Assembly: GCA_964345045.1 (NCBI GenBank)
Contig: CAYFPM010000003.1
Coordinates: 70,038-134,037, forward strand
Direction of reading: 5' to 3'
DNA length: 64,000 bases
From: an uncultured Gammaproteobacteria bacterium
GTDB lineage: Bacteria; Patescibacteriota; Patescibacteriia; Magasanikbacterales; UBA922
Part shown: positions 10,134 to 19,097 of the stretch, one piece after another
How the letters are laid out: every line of letters begins with the position of its first letter
How positions within the stretch are numbered: the first letter of the stretch is position 1
Translations under genes and position numbers: made by a program
Notes under the pieces: model-generated
Seen by the model: only the letters and a program-made list of their open reading frames with translations
The model's database searches: none
Told to the model about the DNA's origin: nothing

Positions 10134-11180
10134 TTACATTCTACTTTGGTAATAATCTATAGTTTTCTTTAAACCTGTCTCTAGGCTATGTTTGGGAGTC
10201 CAGCCCAATTTTTTGGCCAAACTGGTGTCGGCCTGCCACAATTTACTATCATAGGCCAAAATTGGCTTATCTCCCCATTTTACATTACTTTTACTACTTA
10301 TTAGCTCCAAGGTCAAATTTACCAGGGTTTCTATACTTACAGGCTCTCCGCTGCCAGCATTTACCACTACCCCCGGGTTCTCCCTTACTTTACCTGCCAC
10401 AGCAAGATAAAGATCCATCAAATCTTCTACATATATAAAATCTCTAGAAACTTCTTTGTTGGTTACCTCTATATCATCTCCTCGCAAAGCTCTGTTTATT
10501 ACTTCGTAAACCAACCTCCCGGGCTGAACCATGGGCCCATAGGGGGTAAAAATCCTAAGCGTGGCAATTGGCTTGTTTTCTTTTTTTGCAACTGCTTGCC
10601 CGTATAGAGTAGCCCCCAATTTGCTAATGCTATAAAGCTCGGTTGGCTCGCATATTTCACTTTCTTTTACAGCATGGTTCTTTGGGCCATACTCCATAAA
10701 ACTACCGGTGTTTACAAAAAATTTATAATCAATTTCTTTTAGACTATCTATTAGATTTTTGGTACCAAGCAAATTTGTAAGCAAAACTTCTTGATCTGGA
10801 GCAGTAACTCCACTCGCAATATTTGATGCTGCCAAATGAAACACTCCATCTGGTTGCAATTCTTTCATTACTTTTTTTAGCTCTTCTATATTTTTCAAAT
10901 CTGCTTTTACCAAATTAATTTTATTTTTTATATCTGAGCAACACTTAGAATAATGTTCACTGTTTTTCTGTTTAGAAATCAAACTCGCTTCGCTCTCGCA
11001 AGTTTTCTTACTGCAAATACAGTGGGCATTATAATCTAGACATTCCAAATTTTCCAAACGCCACAAATCAGTAGAGTCTTTTACCAAAATACTCACAGAA
11101 TAATTTTCTGTGAGTAATCTACGTACCAAATGTGATCCAATGAAGCCAGCTCCACCTGTAACCAAAACCCTCTCCGACAT
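10134..11180 (-). CDS. NAD(P)-dependent sugar epimerase/dehydratase (extended SDR). It carries an unusual roughly 45-aa Cys-rich insertion.
   Basis: VLVTGGAGFIGSHLVRRLL is a Rossmann motif. The insertion (CLDYNAHCICSKKTCESE...SKCCSD) lies between the first beta-alpha units. Confidence 0.8.
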   Translation of the reverse strand: MSERVLVTGGAGFIGSHLVRRLLTENYSVSILVKDSTDLWRLENLECLDYNAHCICSKKTCESEASLISKQKNSEHYSKCCSDIKNKINLVKADLKNIEELKKVMKELQPDGVFHLAASNIASGVTAPDQEVLLTNLLGTKNLIDSLKEIDYKFFVNTGSFMEYGPKNHAVKESEICEPTELYSISKLGATLYGQAVAKKENKPIATLRIFTPYGPMVQPGRLVYEVINRALRGDDIEVTNKEVSRDFIYVEDLMDLYLAVAGKVRENPGVVVNAGSGEPVSIETLVNLTLELISSKSNVKWGDKPILAYDSKLWQADTSLAKKLGWTPKHSLETGLKKTIDYYQSRM

Positions 11181-11182
11181 AA

Positions 11183-11965
11183 TTATTTTTTTATTTCAAA
11201 TTTTTCGTATTTTTTAATTCCCATACGATGCAAGATACACTTGGACATTACATCCAAAGTCATAAAACCATAAACCACGCTTTGACGAAAATTTGGTGAT
11301 TTTGATTCTTCGGTATAACGAGTTGGGATCCCGATTTCTGTTACTTTAAAATCCCCCAAGGAAAGCTCGGCCAACATCTCGGTGTCAAACACATAATTGT
11401 TGGAATTTTTTTCGAATGGAACTTTTTGCAAAAACTCTTTGGTATAAGCACGGTAGCCAGTATGATACTCACTCAATCCCAGATGAAGAACTGCTTCTTC
11501 TATTTTGGTAAGCGCAATATTGGCAACAAATCTCCACCACGGCATACCACCTTTTCTAGCTTCGCCCTTTACGTGCATGCGAGAACCAAAACAGGCTGCT
11601 GTTTCTGTACTTGCCAATTTTTCCACCATTTTTGGAAGTAAAGTAGGATCATATTGAAAATCAGAATGTACCATTACCACAATATCTGCCCCTAGTTTGA
11701 TAGCTTCTGTATAACCGGTTTTTTGGGCAGCTCCATAGCCTTTGTTTACTTCGTGATTAACCAAATGCACATCTAGATTTTTGGCAATTTCCTCTGTCTT
11801 GTCACGACTACCATCGTTGACTACCAAAATAGTATCTATTATATCCTTTGGCAAAGCCTTTACTGTTTTTTCCAAAGTTAATTCTGTATTGTAGGCTGGT
11901 ATAAAAACCACCACTTTTTTATTTTGAAACATACTACTTTTAAGGAGTAATTTAATTTTATACAA
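11183..11965 (-). CDS. Glycosyltransferase family 2 (Dpm1-like polyprenyl-phosphate sugar synthase type).
   Basis: VVVFIPAYNTELTLEKTV...VVNDGSRDKTEEIAK is a GT-A signature. An alternative ATG start at 11932 (MFQNKK) is possible. Confidence 0.8.
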   Translation of the reverse strand: MYKIKLLLKSSMFQNKKVVVFIPAYNTELTLEKTVKALPKDIIDTILVVNDGSRDKTEEIAKNLDVHLVNHEVNKGYGAAQKTGYTEAIKLGADIVVMVHSDFQYDPTLLPKMVEKLASTETAACFGSRMHVKGEARKGGMPWWRFVANIALTKIEEAVLHLGLSEYHTGYRAYTKEFLQKVPFEKNSNNYVFDTEMLAELSLGDFKVTEIGIPTRYTEESKSPNFRQSVVYGFMTLDVMSKCILHRMGIKKYEKFEIKK

Positions 11966-12063
11966 AATCTATTCTTTTTTATAAATAAATAATCTGCGTA
12001 GTCCTTTCAACAAAATCAGTGAAATCAGTGCTCATTAAAACAAAAATATTCTTTGGTGTCAAC

Positions 12064-13458
12064 TTACAAAACTCTGGTTAGCCTATCCAAAACTGTTCCA
12101 AAATTTATAAAAAAATCCAACAAAGAAACTAGAATTAAAAATGAAAAAGTGTACAGAAGACTTTTTTCTTTGTACCATTTTTTATTCTGCATACTTTTGT
12201 AAATCATGTAACCAGCAAAAAGTACTAAAAAAGGATAAATCTGAAACCTGTACCTAGATTGAACCACCGTTGGCAAAAGTACTAGTGGTGAGGTAGCGGC
12301 CATAACTGCTAGGTAATAAAAAATGGTTTTTTTCTTTTTGAGAAGCTCTACCAAACCAGAAAACCCAGCTAGAAAAACTCCGGCAATCCACACTAAGGAA
12401 CTAAAGACTACCGCACCTTCTCCCAAACCACTTTGGTAAAACCAAAAACCCATTGGCCTAATTAAACTAAAAAAGCGGATAAACCTAAGAAAGGTTAATT
12501 TGATAAAAACAAATGGATGGTTTAATAAAAACATTTTGAATTCCATACCTGCTTTTTCTTTTAGACCAAAAAAACCATTTTCATTTACATATTCTCGCAA
12601 AGGATTGTAGCCGTCTGCCAATTGGCCGCCATCGGCTTGTAGAGTATTCCCCACCCAAATATTAAACTCTCCGATCATGGTGGTAATGATAAGCTGATTG
12701 TAAATTAAGTAATTGCGAATTACCCATGGTGAAAGAGCGGCAAGAGCGGCAAACAAAAATACTGCCCCAGCTTTGTAAGATTTTTTTTGTATGTATAAAA
12801 ATAAAAAAATTGGAATAAAAAGTAAGATTGGAGGTCTCGTTAGCACCGCCAAACCGGTTATTAACCCAGATACCAGTGCAAGACAAATGTTTTTGTGGTC
12901 TTCATAGACTTTTACAAAAAGAAAAAGCGTCAACACTGTAAAAAATAAATACAAAGTTTCTGTCATGAGCATGGCCGAAATTTCGATTAAGTCTGGCCAA
13001 AAAGCAAATAAAGCTGCTGAGATTAGGGCAATATTTTTCGCCCCCTCCCCTGTCATCCCGAGCATAGCGAGAAATCTTTTTCTAATGTCTTTTTTCTCAT
13101 CAAGCTCTATATTTGAAAAAACCCTCAATGCAATCAAATATATTAACCAAACTGAAACGGTGTGAAGCAAAGCTTGGATAATCCAAACTACTTCGTAATG
13201 GTGACCAAAAATTTTGTAAACTCCCGCCAAAAAATACTCATAGCCTGGGCCAGCCCTCACTATAGCATTGTCCCACTCGTAGCTTAGGCTGCTATCTTCG
13301 CGAAAGCCAAAACCATCGACAATATTTACAGCAATTACGTCGTAAGCCTGTGCGTCCACCACCGGATGGATACGGAAGTAAAACGAATATATTAATGGCA
13401 GCAAAAAAGACAGGACCAAAATCCAAGCTAAAGTTTTGTTTTGTTTTAGTATTTGCAT
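12064..13458 (-). CDS. GT-C-like polytopic membrane glycosyltransferase (ArnT/PMT-like).
   Basis: It is a 464-aa protein with many TM helices. It is a paralogue in architecture to 5538..7232 and 17410..19053, and it follows a GT2 synthase gene. Confidence 0.65.
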   Translation of the reverse strand: MQILKQNKTLAWILVLSFLLPLIYSFYFRIHPVVDAQAYDVIAVNIVDGFGFREDSSLSYEWDNAIVRAGPGYEYFLAGVYKIFGHHYEVVWIIQALLHTVSVWLIYLIALRVFSNIELDEKKDIRKRFLAMLGMTGEGAKNIALISAALFAFWPDLIEISAMLMTETLYLFFTVLTLFLFVKVYEDHKNICLALVSGLITGLAVLTRPPILLFIPIFLFLYIQKKSYKAGAVFLFAALAALSPWVIRNYLIYNQLIITTMIGEFNIWVGNTLQADGGQLADGYNPLREYVNENGFFGLKEKAGMEFKMFLLNHPFVFIKLTFLRFIRFFSLIRPMGFWFYQSGLGEGAVVFSSLVWIAGVFLAGFSGLVELLKKKKTIFYYLAVMAATSPLVLLPTVVQSRYRFQIYPFLVLFAGYMIYKSMQNKKWYKEKSLLYTFSFLILVSLLDFFINFGTVLDRLTRVL

Positions 13459-13511
13459 AATTTTATAACAAAATTTTATCTTAAATTAGCAGAAAAATCA
13501 ACTTAAGCAAA

Positions 13512-13540
13512 TTGACATCCCTCCCTTTTTTTGCTAGGTT
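13512..13540 (+). promoter_or_regulatory. Sigma70-like promoter: TTGACA, a 17-nt spacer, then TAGGTT. It lies upstream of the high-GC cassette.
   Basis: Reading gives TTGACAtccctccctttttttgcTAGGTT. The -35 region TTGACATCCC is shared with the promoter at 54067. Confidence 0.4.
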
Positions 13541-13628
13541 AAAACTGCGCTCCAAAGAACCAAAATGGCTGTCTCTTCCTTAGAGACAACCATAAAATTC
13601 TTTGGAAAGGATAGGAAAGAAAGTGTCG

Positions 13629-14426
13629 AGTAATTTTGTAATCGCCACCACTACTTACTGCAGAGACCCTGCAGATGTCCAGGCTAGACTAACTGTGAGA
13701 ACAGTAAAAGAAGCCCGAAGCAGATTCACCCAAATTGTGGTGGCCGATCGTGGCAGCTCTCCTCAATTTGTAGCTATGCTCAAATCTGCCGGAGCAACTG
13801 TCTGTACTGCAGAAGGATCGCCTGGTCAGGCAACTCGTCTGGCTCTAAAAGAAGCTATGGACAGGGCCACCGGTGGCCACTGTGTAGTCTGGATGCCTTC
13901 GTGGATGTATAAGGCAGTAAGCGCAGCGCGCCAATTGGCCGAGAGAATCCACCACAACAAATTCGACCTTTGCCTGGCTTTTCGGACAGCAAACTCTATG
14001 AAAAGCCACCCCGCAGCTCAAATAGCAGCCGAGACTAGAGTCAATCAGTTTTTCAGAGGGTTGTTACCAGCTCCCAAGGAAGGTAGAAGGGTCAAAAGCT
14101 TCACTCCCCTATTCAAACTAGATCAGTGTGACCCAACCCTTGGCGTGTTTGCTATCGGAGCCAGAACTCTTCCGTTTTTTCTAGAGTATGCGGGCAACTA
14201 TGGCGACAATGTTTGGGATGCGATTCTTGTTCCTATCATGCAAATCATTGCTGACTCAAGCATGAAAAAACGGACTCTTTCAGCTAATCGATACAAGTTC
14301 CCCGAAGAGCTGCTTGGCTTGGTGGAGAAAAGAAAACTTTGGCTGGAACTGGCGGATGTAGAAGAAGCCCTAGTAGAGGAGGCAATCCGACTAGGTTGGA
14401 GGGATTCTCATGACAGACTGTGGTAA
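13629..14426 (+). CDS. Hypothetical GT-A-like nucleotide-diphospho-sugar transferase fold protein. It lies in a compositionally foreign high-GC cassette.
   Basis: The ORF is 13602..14426. I chose the GTG at 13629 because an AGGAAAG Shine-Dalgarno lies 5 nt upstream. The N-terminal VIATTTYCRD...IVVADRGSS resembles the GT-A beta1 strand and a DxD-like region. G+C is about 50% by eye against about 30% in the flanks. Confidence 0.55.
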   Translation, partial: SNFVIATTTYCRDPADVQARLTVRTVKEARSRFTQIVVADRGSSPQFVAMLKSAGATVCTAEGSPGQATRLALKEAMDRATGGHCVVWMPSWMYKAVSAARQLAERIHHNKFDLCLAFRTANSMKSHPAAQIAAETRVNQFFRGLLPAPKEGRRVKSFTPLFKLDQCDPTLGVFAIGARTLPFFLEYAGNYGDNVWDAILVPIMQIIADSSMKKRTLSANRYKFPEELLGLVEKRKLWLELADVEEALVEEAIRLGWRDSHDRLW

Positions 14427-14452
14427 GTACCACCAACCGCTCTTTTCCAAAA

Positions 14453-14479
14453 GAGGATTCACAATCCTCAACCCCTTCC
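14453..14479. repeat. Copy 1 of a short repeat element: a GAGGAT(T)/ATCCTC hairpin followed by AACCCCTTCC, then an AAATTTTAAA tract.
   Basis: gaggattcacaatcctcaaccccttcc lies directly 3' of the first high-GC gene. A second copy is at 15377..15402. Confidence 0.5.
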
Positions 14480-14547
14480 TTGTGTTTTTAAATTTTAAAG
14501 ACAAAAGGAAGTGGTAAAAAACACTTCAGAAAGACAAGAGACATTTC

Positions 14548-15183
14548 GTGAATAATTTCTCTTTTCCTGCCAGAATTTCTTGCCACGGAAGATTCAACTC
14601 CATTCGACTAATCCGAGCTACGGTCCCGATCATACCCGACGAGACAAATGCACTGATCGAATTGCGATGGCAAGAAGAGCTAGCAAGGAATCCTAAACTC
14701 CACAACGGCTCACTTGCAGCCCTGCATGCGCTGAATGCAAAGTGTGATCAACTAGAAGTTCGGTGGTGCGAAAGCAACTACCGAGAGTACCTGGGTGCCA
14801 GTCACCCTAACATCCCAAACGAACACCGACGACTACCTATGAGTGTAGGACTCCTCGTCCGAGTCAACTACTCTAGCTACCTAGTCGCAACTCGCAGTCC
14901 AGGGGTAGACTGGCCACTCATGCGTCACCTCAGCGCAGCTGGCGGAGTCAAAGCCGGTGAAAACCCCTTCGACGTAGTCCTGAGAGAGGCCAAAGAAGAA
15001 CTGGGGCTAGACCCTCATGAACTAGAGCCCCTTTCTTGCCTGGGTGTAGTCGAAGATCTGGTGAGGCCGCAGTACATGTTCGTCTTCGTGGCCGATGTAC
15101 AAATCTCCGAAGCAGAACTGATCAAGAGAGCCGCCGCGGCCCCCTCTGCAGAAGAAAACTGCCAACTTACTTTCCTGGATTAG
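14548..15183 (+). CDS. NUDIX hydrolase (high-GC cassette gene).
   Basis: The Nudix box is canonical: GGVKAGENPFDVVLREAKEELGL matches Gx5Ex7REUxEExGU. The ORF has a GTG start. The true start may be the internal Met at MSVGLL. Confidence 0.75.
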   Translation: MNNFSFPARISCHGRFNSIRLIRATVPIIPDETNALIELRWQEELARNPKLHNGSLAALHALNAKCDQLEVRWCESNYREYLGASHPNIPNEHRRLPMSVGLLVRVNYSSYLVATRSPGVDWPLMRHLSAAGGVKAGENPFDVVLREAKEELGLDPHELEPLSCLGVVEDLVRPQYMFVFVADVQISEAELIKRAAAAPSAEENCQLTFLD

Positions 15184-15376
15184 TTTTCTCTGAAGGCAAA
15201 CATGTCAGCCGATCCACGCTCTTTTGTGCCCGCCGCTTGGGCTGGCGCACAAATGGTCTTGGCAGCACATGACAACAAGCCCCTAGTAGAATGGGATACA
15301 GGAGATAAAGTCAACTATCCTACCTATATGGGTCGCCGCTTGGCCATGGTCAAGCCTTAAATTTATCGTTCATTTC

Positions 15377-15402
15377 GAGGATCTCCATCCTCAACCCCTT
15401 CC
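15377..15402. repeat. Copy 2 of the same repeat element.
   Basis: gaggatctccatcctcaaccccttcc lies 3' of the NUDIX gene region and is followed by caaaattttaaa. Confidence 0.5.
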
Positions 15403-15473
15403 CAAAATTTTAAACATTGATTACGCTGATTATTATAGATTACACCGAAATATGATTTAAAACTTTGGCAAAC

Positions 15474-15503
15474 AAAAAACATCCCACAAAGGGATGTTTT
15501 TTG
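15474..15503. terminator. Bidirectional intrinsic terminator.
   Basis: aaaaaaCATCCCacaaaGGGATGtttttt is a GC stem flanked by an A-run and a T-run. It sits between the + cassette and the 3' end of the minus-strand GT2 gene. Confidence 0.6.
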
Positions 15504-15539
15504 TCATTGTCAGCTTGATTGGAAATTCAGTAAAACAAT

Positions 15540-16250
15540 CTAAGAAACAAAAGCGTACTTTACAATCGCATAAATGGCTCGGAAACCATCTTTCCAATTA
15601 ATCTTTTTGCCCTCGGCATAACTACGACCTCGGTAAGAGATACCTACTTCGTAAATTCTAATACCTTTGATTTTAGAAATTTTGGCAGTTGCCTCGGGAT
15701 CAAATCCAAATCTTTTTTCTTTTAACTCTATTTTTCTCAAAAATTCTGTTTTGAAAACTTTGTAGCAAGTTTCCATGTCTGTAAGATTCAAATTAGTAAA
15801 CATGTTGGACAAAGTGGTAAGAAATTTGTTGCCCAAATAATGCCAATAGTACAATACTCTATGTGGACGATTGCCCATAAAACGAGAACCATAAACCACA
15901 TCGGCATCGCCCTCTAGTATAGGCGCTAACAAAATTTTGTATTCGTCTGGTGAGTACTCTAGATCTGCATCTTGCACAATCACAATGTCTCCAGTGGCTT
16001 CTTTGAAACCTCTGTGAAGTGCTGCTCCTTTGCCCATGTTTTCTGGCTGGTCAAAAACTTTTATGCTGTATTCTTCTTTTAGTCTTTCCAAAATATCTCT
16101 ACTCTTGTCTTTGGATTTGTCGTTGACTGTAATAATTTCTTTTTCCAAACCCAAAGTATCAGAATGATGTACTTTTTTAATTATTTTTTCCAAAGTATTT
16201 TCTTCGTTGTAAACCGGGATAACAATCGAAACTTTTTTTAGATCGTGCAT
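15540..16250 (-). CDS. Glycosyltransferase family 2 (Dpm1-like polyprenyl-phosphate mannose/glucose synthase type).
   Basis: [21 protein letters not shown]...[16 protein letters not shown]...[13 protein letters not shown] carries a DxD motif and has GT-A signatures. Confidence 0.85.
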   Translation of the reverse strand: MHDLKKVSIVIPVYNEENTLEKIIKKVHHSDTLGLEKEIITVNDKSKDKSRDILERLKEEYSIKVFDQPENMGKGAALHRGFKEATGDIVIVQDADLEYSPDEYKILLAPILEGDADVVYGSRFMGNRPHRVLYYWHYLGNKFLTTLSNMFTNLNLTDMETCYKVFKTEFLRKIELKEKRFGFDPEATAKISKIKGIRIYEVGISYRGRSYAEGKKINWKDGFRAIYAIVKYAFVS

Positions 16251-16391
16251 ATCTACTTAATTATAATTTTAAACTTATTAGTTTTAATATTAGCTCTAAC
16301 AAATTTCACTTTGTTTAATTTGTCACTCCCAAAACAAAATCCAAATTCAAACCTCAATCTTATTCTCAATCTTAATCCTAAATACTATTCA

Positions 16392-17420
16392 CTATCCACT
16401 ACAACCTACTATCTTATCTATCACATTTTTTAAATTATGCTTGGCTACTACACTAGCTCTGCCATCTATATTTAAGCCAGAATTTTTTTGCAAAACTTCT
16501 TCTATTTTTCGAGCTAGCTCGTCTACTTGATTTGGTTCAAACTTGTCTACAGAATTTGCAAAATATCCATAAGCTTCACTAGAACTAATTACCCAAAGTC
16601 CTGTGGCCAAGGCTTCCAAAACCACTTTGTCCAAACTCCCAGTTCTACTGGTGTGGACTAATATACTATGCTTTTTATAAATTTCTGGCAAATCTTGGTA
16701 TTTTTTGGCTCCTACAAAACTAACTCTATATTCTAGGCCAAGTTTTTTTACCAAATCTTTTATTACACTCAAATATTCTTTATCTTTTTTCTGGATTGGT
16801 TCTCCTACAATGTCGAGGGTAAAATCTTTCTCTATTTTTTTAAGTGATAGAACCACAGTTTCCAAATCTTTTACTGGACTTATCCTCCCTACCCAAAGTA
16901 ATTTTTTATTACTTGCAGCACTCGCATCTTTTAGATCAAACAAATCAGTATCTATACCATGACCAACTACTTGTAATTTTTTTGTTTTTAATCGAAAGCT
17001 TGTTTCCGAAGCTGTAAAAATTTTGTTTACTACCATAGTGGCTAGACGCAAACGCAAATTTACCGCTTTATGGGTATACCACAACAAAGTTTTTTTACCG
17101 AGTAGCCACCACAGTTTCCAACCCAAGATTATGTATTCTGGATTCATGTGTACAAAAACCGCCTCGTAATTTTTTCTTTCGGTCCAAATGTATTTGTAAA
17201 AATTTAGACCTCTTTTAACTTTTCCAGCTCCAGATTCTTTGCCCAAAGAAAGTACTTTTACATTGCTCGGCAAATTGTACTCCCTTTTTTGTAAACAAAT
17301 CACAGTAAGAGAATCCACCTTTTTTGCCAATTCTGTTAGCCAAGTATGAAAAAATCCCAAATTACTATCTGTTTTGTCTACTATTTGAGTTGTAACTAAC
17401 AATTTCATACTACTTTGCAA
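16392..17420 (-). CDS. Glycosyltransferase family 4.
   Basis: It has a GT-B C-terminal domain (VGRISPVKDLETVVLS...), with LVHTSRTGSLDKVVLEALATG resembling the EX7E region. Confidence 0.8.
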   Translation of the reverse strand: MQSSMKLLVTTQIVDKTDSNLGFFHTWLTELAKKVDSLTVICLQKREYNLPSNVKVLSLGKESGAGKVKRGLNFYKYIWTERKNYEAVFVHMNPEYIILGWKLWWLLGKKTLLWYTHKAVNLRLRLATMVVNKIFTASETSFRLKTKKLQVVGHGIDTDLFDLKDASAASNKKLLWVGRISPVKDLETVVLSLKKIEKDFTLDIVGEPIQKKDKEYLSVIKDLVKKLGLEYRVSFVGAKKYQDLPEIYKKHSILVHTSRTGSLDKVVLEALATGLWVISSSEAYGYFANSVDKFEPNQVDELARKIEEVLQKNSGLNIDGRASVVAKHNLKNVIDKIVGCSG

Positions 17421-19053
17421 ATATTATTATGTTTGGCCCCATAGCTCTATACCGCCACAAGTTTATAAACATTGGTAACCAAGTATTGTCTGGGATAGAT
17501 CCCCAGGCGGTGTAACCTAGCTTGAAACTAGACAAAATTTCTTTTTCTTTTTTGTAGCCCAACCTTTTTAGTGCCGCCTCATTTTTATCAAAACTATCTG
17601 TTTTCTCCAAAATTAAAAACTTTGGTGTTTGGTCTATTTCTTCTACCTCTTCAAACTCAATTATATACCTAGATTTATTATTTTCTAAATTGTTTTGCAA
17701 AATTCTTTCTTCGGATTTGCCAATATTGTGCACTCTTGTCTCTTGCAAAGATTCTTTGTTTGCAACTAAGCCTAGCAAATGAAAGTCTATGCTGGTCGCA
17801 ATAGAGTCCCCTTTTTCTGTATTTTCTAATACATACTGGGCAGCCAATTGCCTAGTGTCTGGTCTATAGGCTTGTTTAGTTATAGCCAATATCCCTACCG
17901 CTTGCAAAGCAATTAGCAAATACAAAGCATACTTAAGATAAACGCTTTTGTCAATTTGCAAAAACAGTCTAGAGGTTACAAAAAAAGCCGCTGGCAAAAC
18001 TACCAAAGCAAAACGGCCGGTAATGACATCGCTAAAACCAAATACCAAAATAAATAATATAACCTGTGCTAGAGCAATCTTGTCATAAATTTCTAGTCTA
18101 ACTTTTTTATTGTAAAAAAGATAAGAAAAAATTACTAGAGAAAAACCCAAAACAATTTCTGTTCTCCATAAAAAGACTTTGGCAAATTGAAACAAATTGA
18201 CTAGTGCAAAAGTTGGTCTTTGGTGCGAGCTGCTAAGTAGCTGAGTCCCCCCTCCACCGAGGTTAAGTAAAGAAAAAACAAACTGCGGATAGCCTACCAA
18301 AATTGCAAGTAATCCAGATACGAGTAGGCTAAACCAAAACTTTTTATTACTTATTCTTGCCTTGAATTGAAGTTTTTCTTGCTCATAAAAATGAGCTAAA
18401 ACTGGCAAAATGAAATTTACTATTCCACTTTGCGATAATGCTAACGTAAAACCTGCGGCTCCAAAAGCCAGAGCATAATTTTGCCAAGATTTTTTCTCTA
18501 CCAAATGAAATGAAAAATAAAGTGTAAGCGCTGTTCCAAAAAATGCCAAGCTATGAATGCGCGGCATGACCGAAAAAAAAGTTGTATAGTAGCTAGTCCC
18601 TGCCAATAGCAACAGTATTAAGCCAGCTTTTTTTGAATTTTTTGTAAATTTTATTGTTAATTTGTACAACAAAAAAACAGAAACTAAATTTGCAAACAAA
18701 ACAAAAAGTCTTATCCAAAAAAACAAATTAGTTTCTCCCAAAGCATAACTATTGGCAAAATGATCTGGTGAAACAAAATTCCCAAACAGATAATAAAATC
18801 CAATCACCGGCACATACAGATAAGAACCCAAAAGCGGATACTTGTGATCACTAGCCAAAAAACTTAATAGCTCTCCACCTTGCAAGGATTGTAAAAATGA
18901 AAAAGCCGCAGGAACATTGGTATCCCAAATTCTTTGTGCATCTAGTCCATTTGTAAGAAGAGCTATTCTTGGGAGCAAAAATAGGATTATGATAAGCAAT
19001 AGACTAATTTTTTCTTTTATTTTCATATCTTTAAATTGTACCGAAAAAATCAC
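17410..19053 (-). CDS. GT-C-like polytopic membrane glycosyltransferase (ArnT/PMT-like).
   Basis: It is a 547-aa protein with 12 or more hydrophobic helices and a C-terminal soluble domain. It overlaps GT4 by 11 nt. Confidence 0.65.
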   Translation of the reverse strand: MIFSVQFKDMKIKEKISLLLIIILFLLPRIALLTNGLDAQRIWDTNVPAAFSFLQSLQGGELLSFLASDHKYPLLGSYLYVPVIGFYYLFGNFVSPDHFANSYALGETNLFFWIRLFVLFANLVSVFLLYKLTIKFTKNSKKAGLILLLLAGTSYYTTFFSVMPRIHSLAFFGTALTLYFSFHLVEKKSWQNYALAFGAAGFTLALSQSGIVNFILPVLAHFYEQEKLQFKARISNKKFWFSLLVSGLLAILVGYPQFVFSLLNLGGGGTQLLSSSHQRPTFALVNLFQFAKVFLWRTEIVLGFSLVIFSYLFYNKKVRLEIYDKIALAQVILFILVFGFSDVITGRFALVVLPAAFFVTSRLFLQIDKSVYLKYALYLLIALQAVGILAITKQAYRPDTRQLAAQYVLENTEKGDSIATSIDFHLLGLVANKESLQETRVHNIGKSEERILQNNLENNKSRYIIEFEEVEEIDQTPKFLILEKTDSFDKNEAALKRLGYKKEKEILSSFKLGYTAWGSIPDNTWLPMFINLWRYRAMGPNIIIFAK

Positions 19054-19061
19054 CTAAAAAC

Positions 19062-19097
19062 AAAAAACCCGGGCTGACCCGGGTTTTACTTTTTGTT
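19062..19097 (-). terminator. Intrinsic terminator.
   Basis: aaaaaACCCGGGctgaCCCGGGTtttacttttt is an 8-bp GC stem. On the minus strand it is followed by a T-run, directly after the stop of 19096..19965. Confidence 0.7.

Noticed and set aside
15036-15272. A 78-aa + ORF overlapping the NUDIX 3' end.
   Set aside because: It is an out-of-frame overlap with the well-supported NUDIX ORF. It is Arg-rich shadow sequence in GC-rich DNA.
13500-15510. Calling the two-gene high-GC cassette an integron.
   Set aside because: There is no intI integrase in the window. The shared 3' element is a short hairpin plus AACCCCTTCC, and I cannot recognise the R''/L''/L'/R' architecture of attC sites. I report it as cassette-like repeats only.
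16245-16433. A 62-aa ORF ([14 protein letters not shown]...).
   Set aside because: It arises from the CT-rich low-complexity intergenic tract. It has no Shine-Dalgarno, and it overlaps the 3' end of a real minus-strand gene.
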